Shown here piece by piece: positions 1 to 8,449 of a stretch of DNA of 32,000 bases. Position 1 is the stretch's first letter. Each line of letters starts with the position of its first letter. Where the stretch lies: the NCBI GenBank assembly GCA_964577555.1, contig CAZNZM010000004.1, forward strand, positions 1 to 32,000. Reading direction: 5' to 3'. This DNA is from an uncultured archaeon. GTDB taxonomy: Archaea > Iainarchaeota > Iainarchaeia > Iainarchaeales > Iainarchaeaceae. Both the position numbers and the translations under genes were made by a program. The notes beneath the pieces are model-generated. The model had not been told where the DNA came from. It saw only the letters and a program-made list of their open reading frames with translations, and made no database searches.

Positions 1-167
1 AAAAAAAATAATTAAAAAAAAATGACAAAAAAAGCAGCTAAAACAAAAAAAACAAAATCAATTTAAAAAAAAATAATTAAAAAAAATAAAAAAATGTCTA
101 AAAAAAAACAAATTACCTAAAAACACGACCCGCAAAAAAAATGCTAAAAAAAACTAAAAAAATAAAA
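1..167. repeat. A-rich, T-poor intergenic block cut by the window edge. It holds copy 1 of a ~145-nt direct repeat; copy 2 is at ~2991-3134.
   Basis: The string 'ataattaaaaaaaaatgacaaaaaaagcagctaaaacaaaaaaaacaaaatcaatttaaaaaaaa ... atgtctaaaaaaaaacaaattacctaaaaacacgacccgcaaaaaa..tgctaaaaaaaactaaaaaaa' is present in both places. Copy 1 carries an extra ~20 nt ('ataattaaaaaaaataaaaa'), and there are small A-run length differences. Confidence 0.85.
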
Positions 168-1190
168 CTACTTCTTTGAATTTTTACCAACACTAACCCG
201 CTTGGCCTTAACACTCTTGCCAACAAGGGATTTGACAACAGGAGCATATTTTTTCAACAAAGCCGCGACTTCAGAACTATCATAATCCTTCTTCATAATT
301 GTTTTTGCAAGCTCTGAAAGCTCCATTGGAAAAATAAATTTAGTACTTTTGCCTTCGCCAAGCTTTTCAAGAGCGCGAACATAATAATAGGCAAGAGCCT
401 TGTCACTGAGTTGTTCAGCTGCAGCTCTTACAGCTTCTATCTCGGCTTTGTGAGCTTCAGCAGACTCCATGCGCGCAAGCTTTCTTTGAGTAGCGGCTTG
501 CTTCTCATGCATTGAATCAAGCACAGACCTTGGAAGTTGAATATCCTTTATTATAGCTTCCTCAACATTCACGCCCCAATTAACAGCCAAATTCTCAAGC
601 CTCTGCCTAATATCCTTATTAAGCCCCTCAATATCAGATATCAATTCACCCACATTATAAGAACCAGCCTTGTCCCTGATAAGTCCAATCATATACTGCT
701 TTGAAGCCAATACATAATCATCAACTTTAGTAACACTATTTATTATTGACTGATTGTCACTGTTTATCTTCAAATAAACAACAGCATCAACAGTCACTTC
801 AATATTGTCCTTTGTGACAACCTCCTGCTTTGGAATATCAATAGTTTTTGTCCTCAAATCAACCAATATATATTTTTCAAAAGGGGGAAAAACAATAGTC
901 CAACCCGGCCCAGCAACCCTGCTTACCTTTCCAAGAGTAAAAACCACGGCTCTTTCATACTCCAAAAGCTTGAGAATAAAATCATACTTTGCAATCAAAT
1001 AAAGAACCACTACAAGAGGAACAAGCCAATAAAGATTAGCCAACAAAAAACTTTGATACCGAAAAACCAAAAAAGCAACAATAATAATCGCCAAACCCAC
1101 AAAGAAAAAAACATTCCGCTTAAACAAATCATCGCCATTCTTATCTCCATGCACTGAATGACCCGCATTATTATGAACATTGCCCGACAA
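168..1190 (-). CDS. SPFH/band-7 family membrane protein (stomatin/prohibitin homologue)
   Basis: 340-aa ORF with N-terminal TM helices. The SPFH core reads 'ERAVVFTLGKVSRVAGPGWTIVFPPFEKYILVDLRTKTIDIPKQEVVTKDNIEVTVDAVVYLKI', followed by an Ala/Glu-rich coiled-coil tail. The ORF opens with TTG at 1190 and has no nearby in-frame ATG, so the start is uncertain. Confidence 0.9.
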   Translation of the reverse strand: MSGNVHNNAGHSVHGDKNGDDLFKRNVFFFVGLAIIIVAFLVFRYQSFLLANLYWLVPLVVVLYLIAKYDFILKLLEYERAVVFTLGKVSRVAGPGWTIVFPPFEKYILVDLRTKTIDIPKQEVVTKDNIEVTVDAVVYLKINSDNQSIINSVTKVDDYVLASKQYMIGLIRDKAGSYNVGELISDIEGLNKDIRQRLENLAVNWGVNVEEAIIKDIQLPRSVLDSMHEKQAATQRKLARMESAEAHKAEIEAVRAAAEQLSDKALAYYYVRALEKLGEGKSTKFIFPMELSELAKTIMKKDYDSSEVAALLKKYAPVVKSLVGKSVKAKRVSVGKNSKK

Positions 1191-1204
1191 AACAAAACGC
1201 CTCT

Positions 1205-1237
1205 AAATTTATAACCCAAATATCCATTTATATATTA
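1205..1237. promoter_or_regulatory. Divergent promoter spacer with two TATA-like boxes
   Basis: A 68-nt spacer lies between divergent genes. 'aaatttataa' (~1205-1214) sits ~20 nt from the minus-strand start at 1190. 'atttatatatta' (~1226-1237) sits ~25-30 nt upstream of ATG 1259. The spacing fits archaeal leaderless or short-leader mRNAs. Confidence 0.45.
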
Positions 1238-1258
1238 CGTTTTATACAATATGATAAC

Positions 1259-2503
1259 ATGAATAATTCAGAAAACATCTTAGTAGTTAATGTAGATAGA
1301 GACAACGACCTTGGAAAAAAAACAGGAATACAAGGCCCAGTAATTGGCAGAAAAGCATGCATAAAAGCAGCTGCAACACTGGCTCTCAAAGACCCAACAG
1401 AATCAGATGCAAACAGCATATTCGGCGCAGTAAAAAAATACGACGAAATAAAACAACACGCAAACGTTGAAATAGCAATATTAACAGGAGTAGGAAAAAC
1501 AGGATTCGAATCAGACCACAAAATAATAGAACAACTTGAAGCAGTGCTTGAAAAATTCCCAGCCACAGGCTTCGTACTCGTAACAGACGGAGCCGAAGAC
1601 GACCAAATAATCCCAATACTCCAAGGAAAAGGCCAAATAATTTCAAAAGAAACAATAATAGTCAAACAAGCCAACGAAGTGGAAAGCACATACTACACAA
1701 TCAAACAAGCACTACAAGACCCAGACTTTGCCAGAACATTCCTGCTAGTGCCAGGAATAATAATTTTACTATGGGGCATACTCGCATACATAGGACAAGA
1801 AAAACTCTTTTTCACAAGCATGCTACTAATAGGAGGATCATACCTAATACTAAAAGGCAGCGGACTTGAAAACAAAATAGTCGCAGCAATAGAATCATTA
1901 ATAAAAAGCATATCGCTGCAAAGAGTAAGCTTTCCAATATATCTTCTCACAATAATTCTTTTCCTCTTCGGAATATACCAAACAATAATAGAAATAACAA
2001 TAAACAGACCAATAACAATTTCAATATACGAAGCAATAGGGCAAATAATTCTCTATCTTGCCTTAAGCACAATATCTTTTATAATAGGAAAAATAGTTGA
2101 CGCAATACAACTCAAAAAAGCATACTACCTCAGAAAATACTTCCTATCAGGCTCAGCAGTTTTCATAATATGGTTTACACTAGACTCGGCAAGACAAGTA
2201 CTTGCAAACAAACCATACGCAGACTTAAGCTGGTTCGGGCTAAACATGATGGCAGCAACAATACTGGCATACGGAGCATACAAAGTCTCACAACTACTAG
2301 ACATGAGAAAAAAAATAACAAAAATGCTAATAGGCCTGCCAGTTTACAGCAAAGACGGAAAATGGATAGGCAACGTGGAAACAGTAAAGAAAAAACAAGG
2401 AATAGAATACAAATCCAACAAAACAGGAAAAACAAACCAATTACAAACAGGGGAATTCACTCTAAGCGAAGGAAAAATCATAATACAAACAACGCAAAAA
2501 TAA
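1259..2503 (+). CDS. Archaeal polytopic membrane protein, DUF373-like N-terminal domain with a PRC-barrel-like C-terminus
   Basis: 414-aa ORF. The soluble N-terminus 'ILVVNVDRDNDLGKKTGIQGPVIGRKACIKAAATLALKDPTESDANSIFGAVKKYDEI ... LVTDGAEDDQIIPILQ' matches my recollection of the DUF373 signature. About 6 TM helices follow. The C-terminus 'LIGLPVYSKDGKWIGNVETV' resembles a PRC barrel. The family name is from memory and was not searched. Confidence 0.6.
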   Translation: MNNSENILVVNVDRDNDLGKKTGIQGPVIGRKACIKAAATLALKDPTESDANSIFGAVKKYDEIKQHANVEIAILTGVGKTGFESDHKIIEQLEAVLEKFPATGFVLVTDGAEDDQIIPILQGKGQIISKETIIVKQANEVESTYYTIKQALQDPDFARTFLLVPGIIILLWGILAYIGQEKLFFTSMLLIGGSYLILKGSGLENKIVAAIESLIKSISLQRVSFPIYLLTIILFLFGIYQTIIEITINRPITISIYEAIGQIILYLALSTISFIIGKIVDAIQLKKAYYLRKYFLSGSAVFIIWFTLDSARQVLANKPYADLSWFGLNMMAATILAYGAYKVSQLLDMRKKITKMLIGLPVYSKDGKWIGNVETVKKKQGIEYKSNKTGKTNQLQTGEFTLSEGKIIIQTTQK

Positions 2504-3198
2504 AAATCGGTTTCAAACAAAACAAAACCAAAAACAAAAAAAACTACTACAAAAAAATAATAAAAAATAAAGTTGCCAAAAAAAACAACATTGGCTCAAA
2601 AAAACCAAACCAAAAACAAAAAATAAAAAAAAACGCCAAAAAGAATAAAAAACTACAAAAATTGACTAAAAAAACAAAAAATACGCTAAAAAACAGATTG
2701 ACAAAAAAACAATTCAAAAAAATGGAAAAAAATTGGCTCGCCAAAAAAAAACAAAAAATGACAAAAAAATCAACCAACAAAAAAAAGAATCAAAAAAAAA
2801 AGCAAAAAAAACTAGCCAAAAAAAACAACATTGGCTCAACAAAAAAAACCAAGCCAACAAAAACAAAAAAAAATAAAACAAACCCACAAAAAAAATGGCT
2901 CACAAAAAACAATCACAAAAAAATGACTAGCAATACCGAAAAAAACAAAAAAAAAGCAAATTTAAAAAAAAACATCAAACAAAAAAAACCAAGAAAAAAA
3001 ATAATTAAAAAAAAATGACAAAAAAAGCAGCTAAAACAAAAAAAACAAAATCAATTTAAAAAAAAATGTCTAAAAAAAAACAAATTACCTAAAAACACGA
3101 CCCGCAAAAAATGCTAAAAAAAACTAAAAAAAATTTAAACAAAATAAAGATCAAAAAAAAGAATTTCAAAAATTAAAAAAAAACAAGAAGAAAAAAAA
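2504..3198. repeat. Long A-rich/T-poor intergenic mosaic repeat block at a convergent gene junction
   Basis: ~695 nt with no credible ORF. It is built of recurring words: 'a(a/t)tggctca(c)aaaaaaaac', 'aatgacaaaaaaa', 'actagccaaaaaaa', 'ttgacaaaaaaa'. Sub-segments recur elsewhere: ~2751-2825 matches ~19122-19195, ~2917-2960 matches ~8191-8235, and ~2991-3134 matches 1-163. Confidence 0.85.
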
Positions 3199-5136
3199 TC
3201 AGGCAGGACTGACAACCTTGCCAACCTTCAAACCCGACTTTGAACTCCTTCCTTTCAAAGAAATTATTTTATCCAAATCCACAAGAAGCTTACTTTTTTC
3301 AGGACAATCCAAAAAAGCGTTTTCAAGAACATCATAAATTGAAGAAACAGGAACAAGCTTTATTTTTTTCAAATAATCAGCAGGCAACACAATATCACCA
3401 ACATTCGATTTTGGAATAATCACTTCCTTAAAACCTGCATTTATCGCAGCAAGAACTTTTGCAGAAACACCCCCAACAGGCAAAACCTCGCCCCTCACAC
3501 TCAAAGAACCAGTCATTGCAAGACTTTGCTTTACAGGAATCCTTTCCAAAGCAGAAATAACTGCAGTAGCAACACTCACTGAAGCCGAATCACCTTCGAC
3601 ACCACTATAAGACTGCAAAAACTGAATATGCAAATCATGTCTAGAAATATCCTTTCCAGAAAGCTTCTTAACCAAAGCAGAAACATTCTGAACCGCTTCC
3701 CTAGCAATTTCACCAAGTTTCCCAGTGGCAATAAGTTTGCCTTCAGCACTAGATTGCGCAGGAGCTATTTCAGCCTCAATAGGCATTACAAGCCCAGCAT
3801 CACCATCAGCCATAACAGCAAGCCCATTAACCCTGCCAACAGCAAAGCCCTCACTCAAATAAACATCATAATCCTTCTTCTCCTCAATCATCTTATTCAC
3901 GATTTGCTGCTCAAGAGTCCTAGCACTCATTTTAGCCTCAATAACATCCTGCCTTAAAACAAGCTCATGCCCCTTCTCCTTAGCAATATCGCCAGCGGCC
4001 CTTACAAGACCGCCCAAATCCCTCAACTTCAAAGTAAGCTTATTCTTCCTGCCAGCGCGCCTTCTCGCCTCAAAAATAATCTCATCAACAGCATCCATTG
4101 AAAAATGAGGAATCTTACCATCCTTTTTGACTTCCTGAGCAACAAACTGAACAAGCTTCTTCCTATTAACTTCATTATCATCAACATCAATATTCATGTA
4201 AATCTCATAACCATAACCCCTAATACGAGAACGAAGAGCAGGATGAACCTTTTCCAAATCATGATAATTCCCAGCAGCTACAAGAACAAAATCACAAGGA
4301 ATCGGCTCAGTACGAGTCATGGCGCCAGAACTTAACTCGCTCTGCCCAGTAATAGAATATTTCTTCTCCTGCATTGCAGTAAGAAGCTCCTGCTGAGACT
4401 TTTGAGACAAAGTAGCAATCTCATCAATAAAAAGAACACCACCGCTTGCACGATGAATCATGCCAGGCTCAACACGAAGATGAGCAGGCGTACCAAGACC
4501 TCCACTCTGCAAAGGATCATGCCTAACATCGCCAAGCAAAGAACCAGCCCTCGCACCAGTAGCATCAAAAAAAGGAGCAACCTTTTTACCAGCATTATTA
4601 ATAAGCAATTTAGGAATAGCAACACCAGAACGCATCTTCATCTGAGAACCAAGCACAAAACCAATCATCAAAAAAGCCCCAACAATAAGCGTAGCAGCAT
4701 AAACAACATCAGGAATAAACTTGAGCTGCCAAACAACCCAACTAAGAATAAACCAACCAAAAGGAAGAATCATGCCCAAAAGCCTAGCATTATCATCCTG
4801 AGCCTTAGCCTCAAGCTTTGCTTGTTCAACAATCCTCTGCCCTTCGCCAGCACGAACAACACGCACAAGAGGATTATTCTGGTCATCATCATTAGGATAA
4901 ATAAGCACATCATTAAGCTTATTCAAAGGCATAATCTCAGCCATAGCCTTTGCCAAAAGAGACTTGCCAGTGCCAGGCTGACCAACCAAAAGCACATTCC
5001 TTTTCTGTGCAGCAGCCTTGCGAATAAGTTCAACAGACTTATCCTGCCCAATAACCTGATCAATCAAAAGCTTAGGAACTTCAACATCAGCAGTTGACTT
5101 TATATCCTTCAACTTCACATTTTTAGACTTTGACAT
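3199..5136 (-). CDS. lonB: Archaeal membrane-bound ATP-dependent Lon protease (LonB type)
   Basis: 645 aa. Walker A is 'GQPGTGKS'. A TM hairpin is inserted in the AAA+ module ('[45 protein letters not shown]'). The C-terminal Lon protease domain carries '[19 protein letters not shown]' and '[21 protein letters not shown]'. ATG at 5136. Confidence 0.95.
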   Translation of the reverse strand: MSKSKNVKLKDIKSTADVEVPKLLIDQVIGQDKSVELIRKAAAQKRNVLLVGQPGTGKSLLAKAMAEIMPLNKLNDVLIYPNDDDQNNPLVRVVRAGEGQRIVEQAKLEAKAQDDNARLLGMILPFGWFILSWVVWQLKFIPDVVYAATLIVGAFLMIGFVLGSQMKMRSGVAIPKLLINNAGKKVAPFFDATGARAGSLLGDVRHDPLQSGGLGTPAHLRVEPGMIHRASGGVLFIDEIATLSQKSQQELLTAMQEKKYSITGQSELSSGAMTRTEPIPCDFVLVAAGNYHDLEKVHPALRSRIRGYGYEIYMNIDVDDNEVNRKKLVQFVAQEVKKDGKIPHFSMDAVDEIIFEARRRAGRKNKLTLKLRDLGGLVRAAGDIAKEKGHELVLRQDVIEAKMSARTLEQQIVNKMIEEKKDYDVYLSEGFAVGRVNGLAVMADGDAGLVMPIEAEIAPAQSSAEGKLIATGKLGEIAREAVQNVSALVKKLSGKDISRHDLHIQFLQSYSGVEGDSASVSVATAVISALERIPVKQSLAMTGSLSVRGEVLPVGGVSAKVLAAINAGFKEVIIPKSNVGDIVLPADYLKKIKLVPVSSIYDVLENAFLDCPEKSKLLVDLDKIISLKGRSSKSGLKVGKVVSPA

Positions 5137-5191
5137 ACAAAAGAATAAGCAAGAGAATAATTAAAATAACTTATCAAATGCTAAAAAACAA

Positions 5192-5761
5192 CTAAATTCT
5201 TGCAGATTTTCCAAAATAACCTCTCCTCTTTATTTTCTCGGTCTCAAAACGCAAATAACCAGGCAAATTAAACTTTCTAGGATCCAAATTTGAACCAACA
5301 ACATCCAATTTCCGATTAACAAAAACATACTTGTAATTAGTAATCAAATAATAAAAACCAAAAGCAACTAATTTTTCTTTTTCTGATGAAAAACCCGGAG
5401 AACCTACATCAAAAGGGCCAGGATCAAAATACTTTTTAACAGCAAAATAATAATCAGTCAATTCACGAGCAACAGCCAAAGCATTAGACCTCACAATCCT
5501 ATTACCTCTCTTAAAACCTTTAATAACACCAAAAACACCCCCCAACATAGTTCCCAAAAGACTCGCACCAACCTTATACTTTTCAGGAAAAGAAAAATGC
5601 ACAACCGGAAGACTTCCAACAGCAGAAAAACCGGCGCCAATAACACCAGCATACTTTGCAGATTCATACCTATCCAAACGAGCACCTCTCAACTGATCAA
5701 GAACAGAAACAAGTTTTACAGGCAACTCGCCAACAAGAACCCTTTTTACCTTGCGAGACAT
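5192..5761 (-). CDS. Hypothetical protein with two glycine-zipper-like hydrophobic segments
   Basis: ORF 5192..5773 opens with TTG. The first ATG, at 5761, gives 'MSRKVKRV...'. The Gly-rich segments are 'AGVIGAGFSAVGSLPVV' and 'ASLLGTMLGGVFGVIKG'. I recognise no family. It lies between the repeat protein and lonB on the same strand. Confidence 0.6.
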   Translation of the reverse strand: MSRKVKRVLVGELPVKLVSVLDQLRGARLDRYESAKYAGVIGAGFSAVGSLPVVHFSFPEKYKVGASLLGTMLGGVFGVIKGFKRGNRIVRSNALAVARELTDYYFAVKKYFDPGPFDVGSPGFSSEKEKLVAFGFYYLITNYKYVFVNRKLDVVGSNLDPRKFNLPGYLRFETEKIKRRGYFGKSARI

Positions 5762-5824
5762 AAAAAAAACCAAAACAATAAAAACAAATCAAAAATAATA
5801 AACTTTCGACAAAAAATACTAAAA

Positions 5825-6721
5825 TTACTCGCTAATCTTCAATGCATGCCTAACAACGCTTCTTACAAAAGCAACTATTTCCTTCTCATCTCCCTTTTTC
5901 AAAAGCCTTAAAAAATTCTTGGAAAAAACCATTTTCCTAAACGCAGAATCATGAATTGCGCCACCATACTTGCCCCTGCCAACAAAAACAAGGCGTTTAA
6001 ACACAGGATTTCTAACCAAAAAAACAAAAATGGGATAAGAAAACAAATTCCTAAAATCATCATACTTAAGCGCACTCCTCACATTCGAATCACCAAACAC
6101 TTCCAACAAAACAGGATTAGCAAAATCAACCTTTACTTTATCATAAAGAAAATTTACAAAATCATGATCCTGAACCACGCCTCTAACTTCAGGATAACCA
6201 AGCAACTTTACAACCACAGGATAAGCAAGAGACTTTATAAATTCAGGATAACGAAGAGCCTTAACAACCTCAGGATAACAAAGCACCGCCCTAAACCCAG
6301 AATCATTAAGAGCAATTATAAATTCAGGATAACGAAGAGCAGCCCTAACATTACTATTATCAAGCAAATTTAAAAAATCGGAATCGCGAAGAGCAGCCCT
6401 GAACTCGCTATATTGAAGAGCATTGACAAACTCAGAATAACGAAGCAAAATCCTTGCCTTAGGATTAAGAAAAAAATCCAAAACACTATTATCATTAACA
6501 AGCAATTTTACAAATTTAGAATCGCCAAGCAACCTCCTAAACTCAGAAGAACCAAGCAACCTTAAAAAATTAGAATTATTAAGCAAATATAACGCCTTGG
6601 GATTGCGAAACAACACCGCTCCAAGCTTAGGATAACGCTGCAAAAACTTAGCAAAATAACTAACTCTCCCTCTTCCGCGCTTTCCTTTTAAATTTCTTTG
6701 TTCTGCTCGCCTTGAAATCAT
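5825..6721 (-). CDS. Hypothetical protein made of ~24 tandem nonapeptide repeats, consensus [Y/D/N]-[P/S]-[E/D]-F-x-x-[L/A]-L-x
   Basis: ORF 5825..6742 opens with TTG. The ATG at 6721 gives 'MISRRAEQRNLKGKRGRGR...'. Residues ~37-252 read as 9-mers: 'YSEFVNALQ YSEFRAALR DSDFLNLLD NSNVRAALR YPEFIIALN DSGFRAVLC YPEVVKALR YPEFIKSLA YPVVVKLLG YPEVRGVVQ DHDFVNFLY ...'. The DNA shows a 27-nt periodicity (recurring 'tcaggataacgaagagc'). Confidence 0.7.
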   Translation of the reverse strand: MISRRAEQRNLKGKRGRGRVSYFAKFLQRYPKLGAVLFRNPKALYLLNNSNFLRLLGSSEFRRLLGDSKFVKLLVNDNSVLDFFLNPKARILLRYSEFVNALQYSEFRAALRDSDFLNLLDNSNVRAALRYPEFIIALNDSGFRAVLCYPEVVKALRYPEFIKSLAYPVVVKLLGYPEVRGVVQDHDFVNFLYDKVKVDFANPVLLEVFGDSNVRSALKYDDFRNLFSYPIFVFLVRNPVFKRLVFVGRGKYGGAIHDSAFRKMVFSKNFLRLLKKGDEKEIVAFVRSVVRHALKISE

Positions 6722-6931
6722 AAAACACCAACTCAAAAACAATTAATTACAATTAATTAAATCTGCAACACTTATAAATTCATTTTCACAAAAAAAAATT
6801 TCAAAAACCTCCAAAACAAAAACAAATTATAAAAGAACCAAAAAAAAACATTTTTGACAATTAAACAACAAAAAAACCTTTCAAAAGCAAAAAAGGGTGG
6901 TTTTTAATTTTAAAGCCAAGAAAATTATAAT

Positions 6932-7846
6932 ATGACGGACAAAATAAAAGTTGTTTTTCTTGGAACAAGCGCAAGCACGCCGACAAAAGAAAGAAACCTA
7001 AGCAGCATAGCCATTAGATTCGAAGGGGAATGGCTCTTATTCGACATACCGGAAGGCACACAAAGACAAATGATGAAAGCAAAAGTCAGTTACTTGAAAA
7101 TAAACAATATTTTCATCTCACACTTCCACGCAGACCACTTCTTAGGATTAGGCGGATTGCTCGCAACAATGAACATACATGGAAGAGACTGGCCGCTCAC
7201 AATATACGGGCCAAAAGGAATACAAGAAAAAGTAAAACAAACATTGGAATTGGCAATGCTTGAACCACTATTTGAAATAAAATGCATAGAAGTCAAAAAA
7301 GGAAAAATACTTGAAAGAAAAAAATACTTCATAGAAGCATTTCCATTAAAACACGAAATAAACTGCTTTGGATACTTTTTCAAAGAAACAGACAAAAAAG
7401 GAGAATTCAACAGACAAAAAGCAATAGAATTAGGCATACCAATAGGCCCTTTATTCAGAGAACTCCAAGAAGGCAAAAAAATAAAAGTGAACGGAAAAAT
7501 AATAAAACCAGAAGAAGTACTAGATGAAACCAAAGGAAGAAAAGGAAAAAAAATATCAATAGTGTTCGACACACTACCAACAAAACAATACTACAAAGCA
7601 ATAGAAGAATCCGACATACTAATCCACGAATCCTCTTTTTTGGAAGAAAAATCAAGCAGAGCAAAAGAAACAATGCACACAACAGCATTGCAAGCAGGGC
7701 AAATCGCAAAAGAAACAAAATGCAAAAAACTAATACTCACACATCTAAGCGCAAGACACAAAGAATCGGATAAATTTGAAAACGAAGCAAGAAAAGAATT
7801 CCACAACGCAATAGTGGCAAAAGACCTCATGGAAATAGAAATTTAA
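6932..7846 (+). CDS. rnz: Ribonuclease Z (tRNA 3' endonuclease), short form
   Basis: 304 aa. N-terminus 'KVVFLGTSASTPTKERNLSSIAIRFEGEWLLFDIPEGTQRQMM', metallo-beta-lactamase motif 'ISHFHADHFLGLGGLL', and 'LTHLSARH' near the C-terminus. A TATA-like 'tttttaatttta' sits ~20-30 nt upstream. Confidence 0.9.
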   Translation: MTDKIKVVFLGTSASTPTKERNLSSIAIRFEGEWLLFDIPEGTQRQMMKAKVSYLKINNIFISHFHADHFLGLGGLLATMNIHGRDWPLTIYGPKGIQEKVKQTLELAMLEPLFEIKCIEVKKGKILERKKYFIEAFPLKHEINCFGYFFKETDKKGEFNRQKAIELGIPIGPLFRELQEGKKIKVNGKIIKPEEVLDETKGRKGKKISIVFDTLPTKQYYKAIEESDILIHESSFLEEKSSRAKETMHTTALQAGQIAKETKCKKLILTHLSARHKESDKFENEARKEFHNAIVAKDLMEIEI

Positions 7847-8440
7847 AACGAAAAAAAAAGCTCACAAAAAAATACCAAAAAAAACAGCTAGCCAAAAAAA
7901 AATTTATGACACAACAAAAATAAGCATACTAAAAAAACAAGTTTACAAAAAAATTTTAATGACAAAACAAAAGACAAAAAAAACAAATTACAATTAAAAA
8001 AACAAAAATCGCCAAAAAATTGGCTCACAAAAAAAACAACTTGACAAAAAAATGCCAAAAAAAAACAATGACAAAAAAAATGGCTCACAAAAAAAACAAC
8101 TTGACAAAAAAATGCCAAAAAAAACAATGACAAAAAAAATGGCTCACAAAAAAAACAACTTGACAAAAAAATGCCAAAAAAAACAATGACAAAAAAATGG
8201 CTAGCAATACCGAAAAAAACAAAAAAAAGCAAAAAAAAGCTAGTCAAAAAAAACAATTAAAAAAAATAAATTGACTTGAAAAACAAACAATAAAAAAAAT
8301 AAAAAAAACAGCCAAGAAAAAAAACAGCCCGCCAAAAAAAACAATTAAAAATATAGAAAAAATTGGCTCAAAAAAAACATTAATTAAAGAGAAACGAATT
8401 ATTTAATCTTTCAAAAAACAAATAAATTAATACCAAAAAA
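7847..8440. repeat. Long A-rich/T-poor intergenic mosaic repeat block between two + strand genes
   Basis: ~590 nt with no credible ORF and the same word set as the other blocks. ~8239-8370 recurs at ~19181-19328. ~8191-8235 recurs at ~2917-2960. Confidence 0.85.
8015..8205 (+). repeat. Tandem array of ~3.3 copies of a 58-60-nt unit
   Basis: The unit 'tggctcacaaaaaaaacaacttgacaaaaaaatgccaaaaaaa(aa)caatgacaaaaaaa(a)a' begins at ~8021, ~8081 and ~8140, with a truncated variant copy ('tggctagcaatacc...') at ~8198. Copies differ only in A-run length. A diverged single unit is at ~19321-19385. Confidence 0.9.
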
Positions 8441-8449
8441 GTGTTTTAT

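Noticed and set aside
22-121. Mini-ORFs in the duplicated A-rich module (ATGACAAAAAAAGCAGCT...TAA = MTKKAAKTKKTKSI; ATGTCTAAAAAAAAACAAATTACCTAA = MSKKKQIT)
   Set aside because: Both copies (also at ~3015-3092) are conserved only as part of a near-identical DNA repeat, so nothing supports selection on the peptides. ATG is simply one of the few non-A words in these blocks.
2170-3018. 282-aa + strand ORF encoding a K/N/T/Q-rich protein
   Set aside because: It is a translation of A-runs. It starts inside the 3' part of the DUF373-like gene in another frame and runs through the A-rich intergenic block. It has no domain-like sequence. It exists only because stop codons are depleted on the T-poor + strand.
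4402-5097. Long + strand ORFs antisense to real minus-strand genes (also 23672..24250, 24350..25084, 25590..26036, 26135..26518, 27375..28043, 21105..21668)
   Set aside because: Each lies fully inside a gene with clear family signatures on the other strand or in another frame. Each encodes N/K/T/R/I/S-rich low-complexity sequence. All are explained by the scarcity of T and G, and hence of stop codons, on the + strand.
8015-8205. Possible CRISPR array
   Set aside because: The ~60-nt units are contiguous with no unique spacers. They are A-rich and non-palindromic, and no cas genes lie nearby. This is a simple tandem repeat.
7888-8256. Poly-Phe/Leu minus-strand ORFs inside the A-rich blocks (also 18029..18333, 18771..19428, 22328..22666, 2547..2780)
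   Set aside because: These are T-run translations of the repeat blocks. The frames are interchangeable, the sequence is low-complexity, and they cover tandem repeats.
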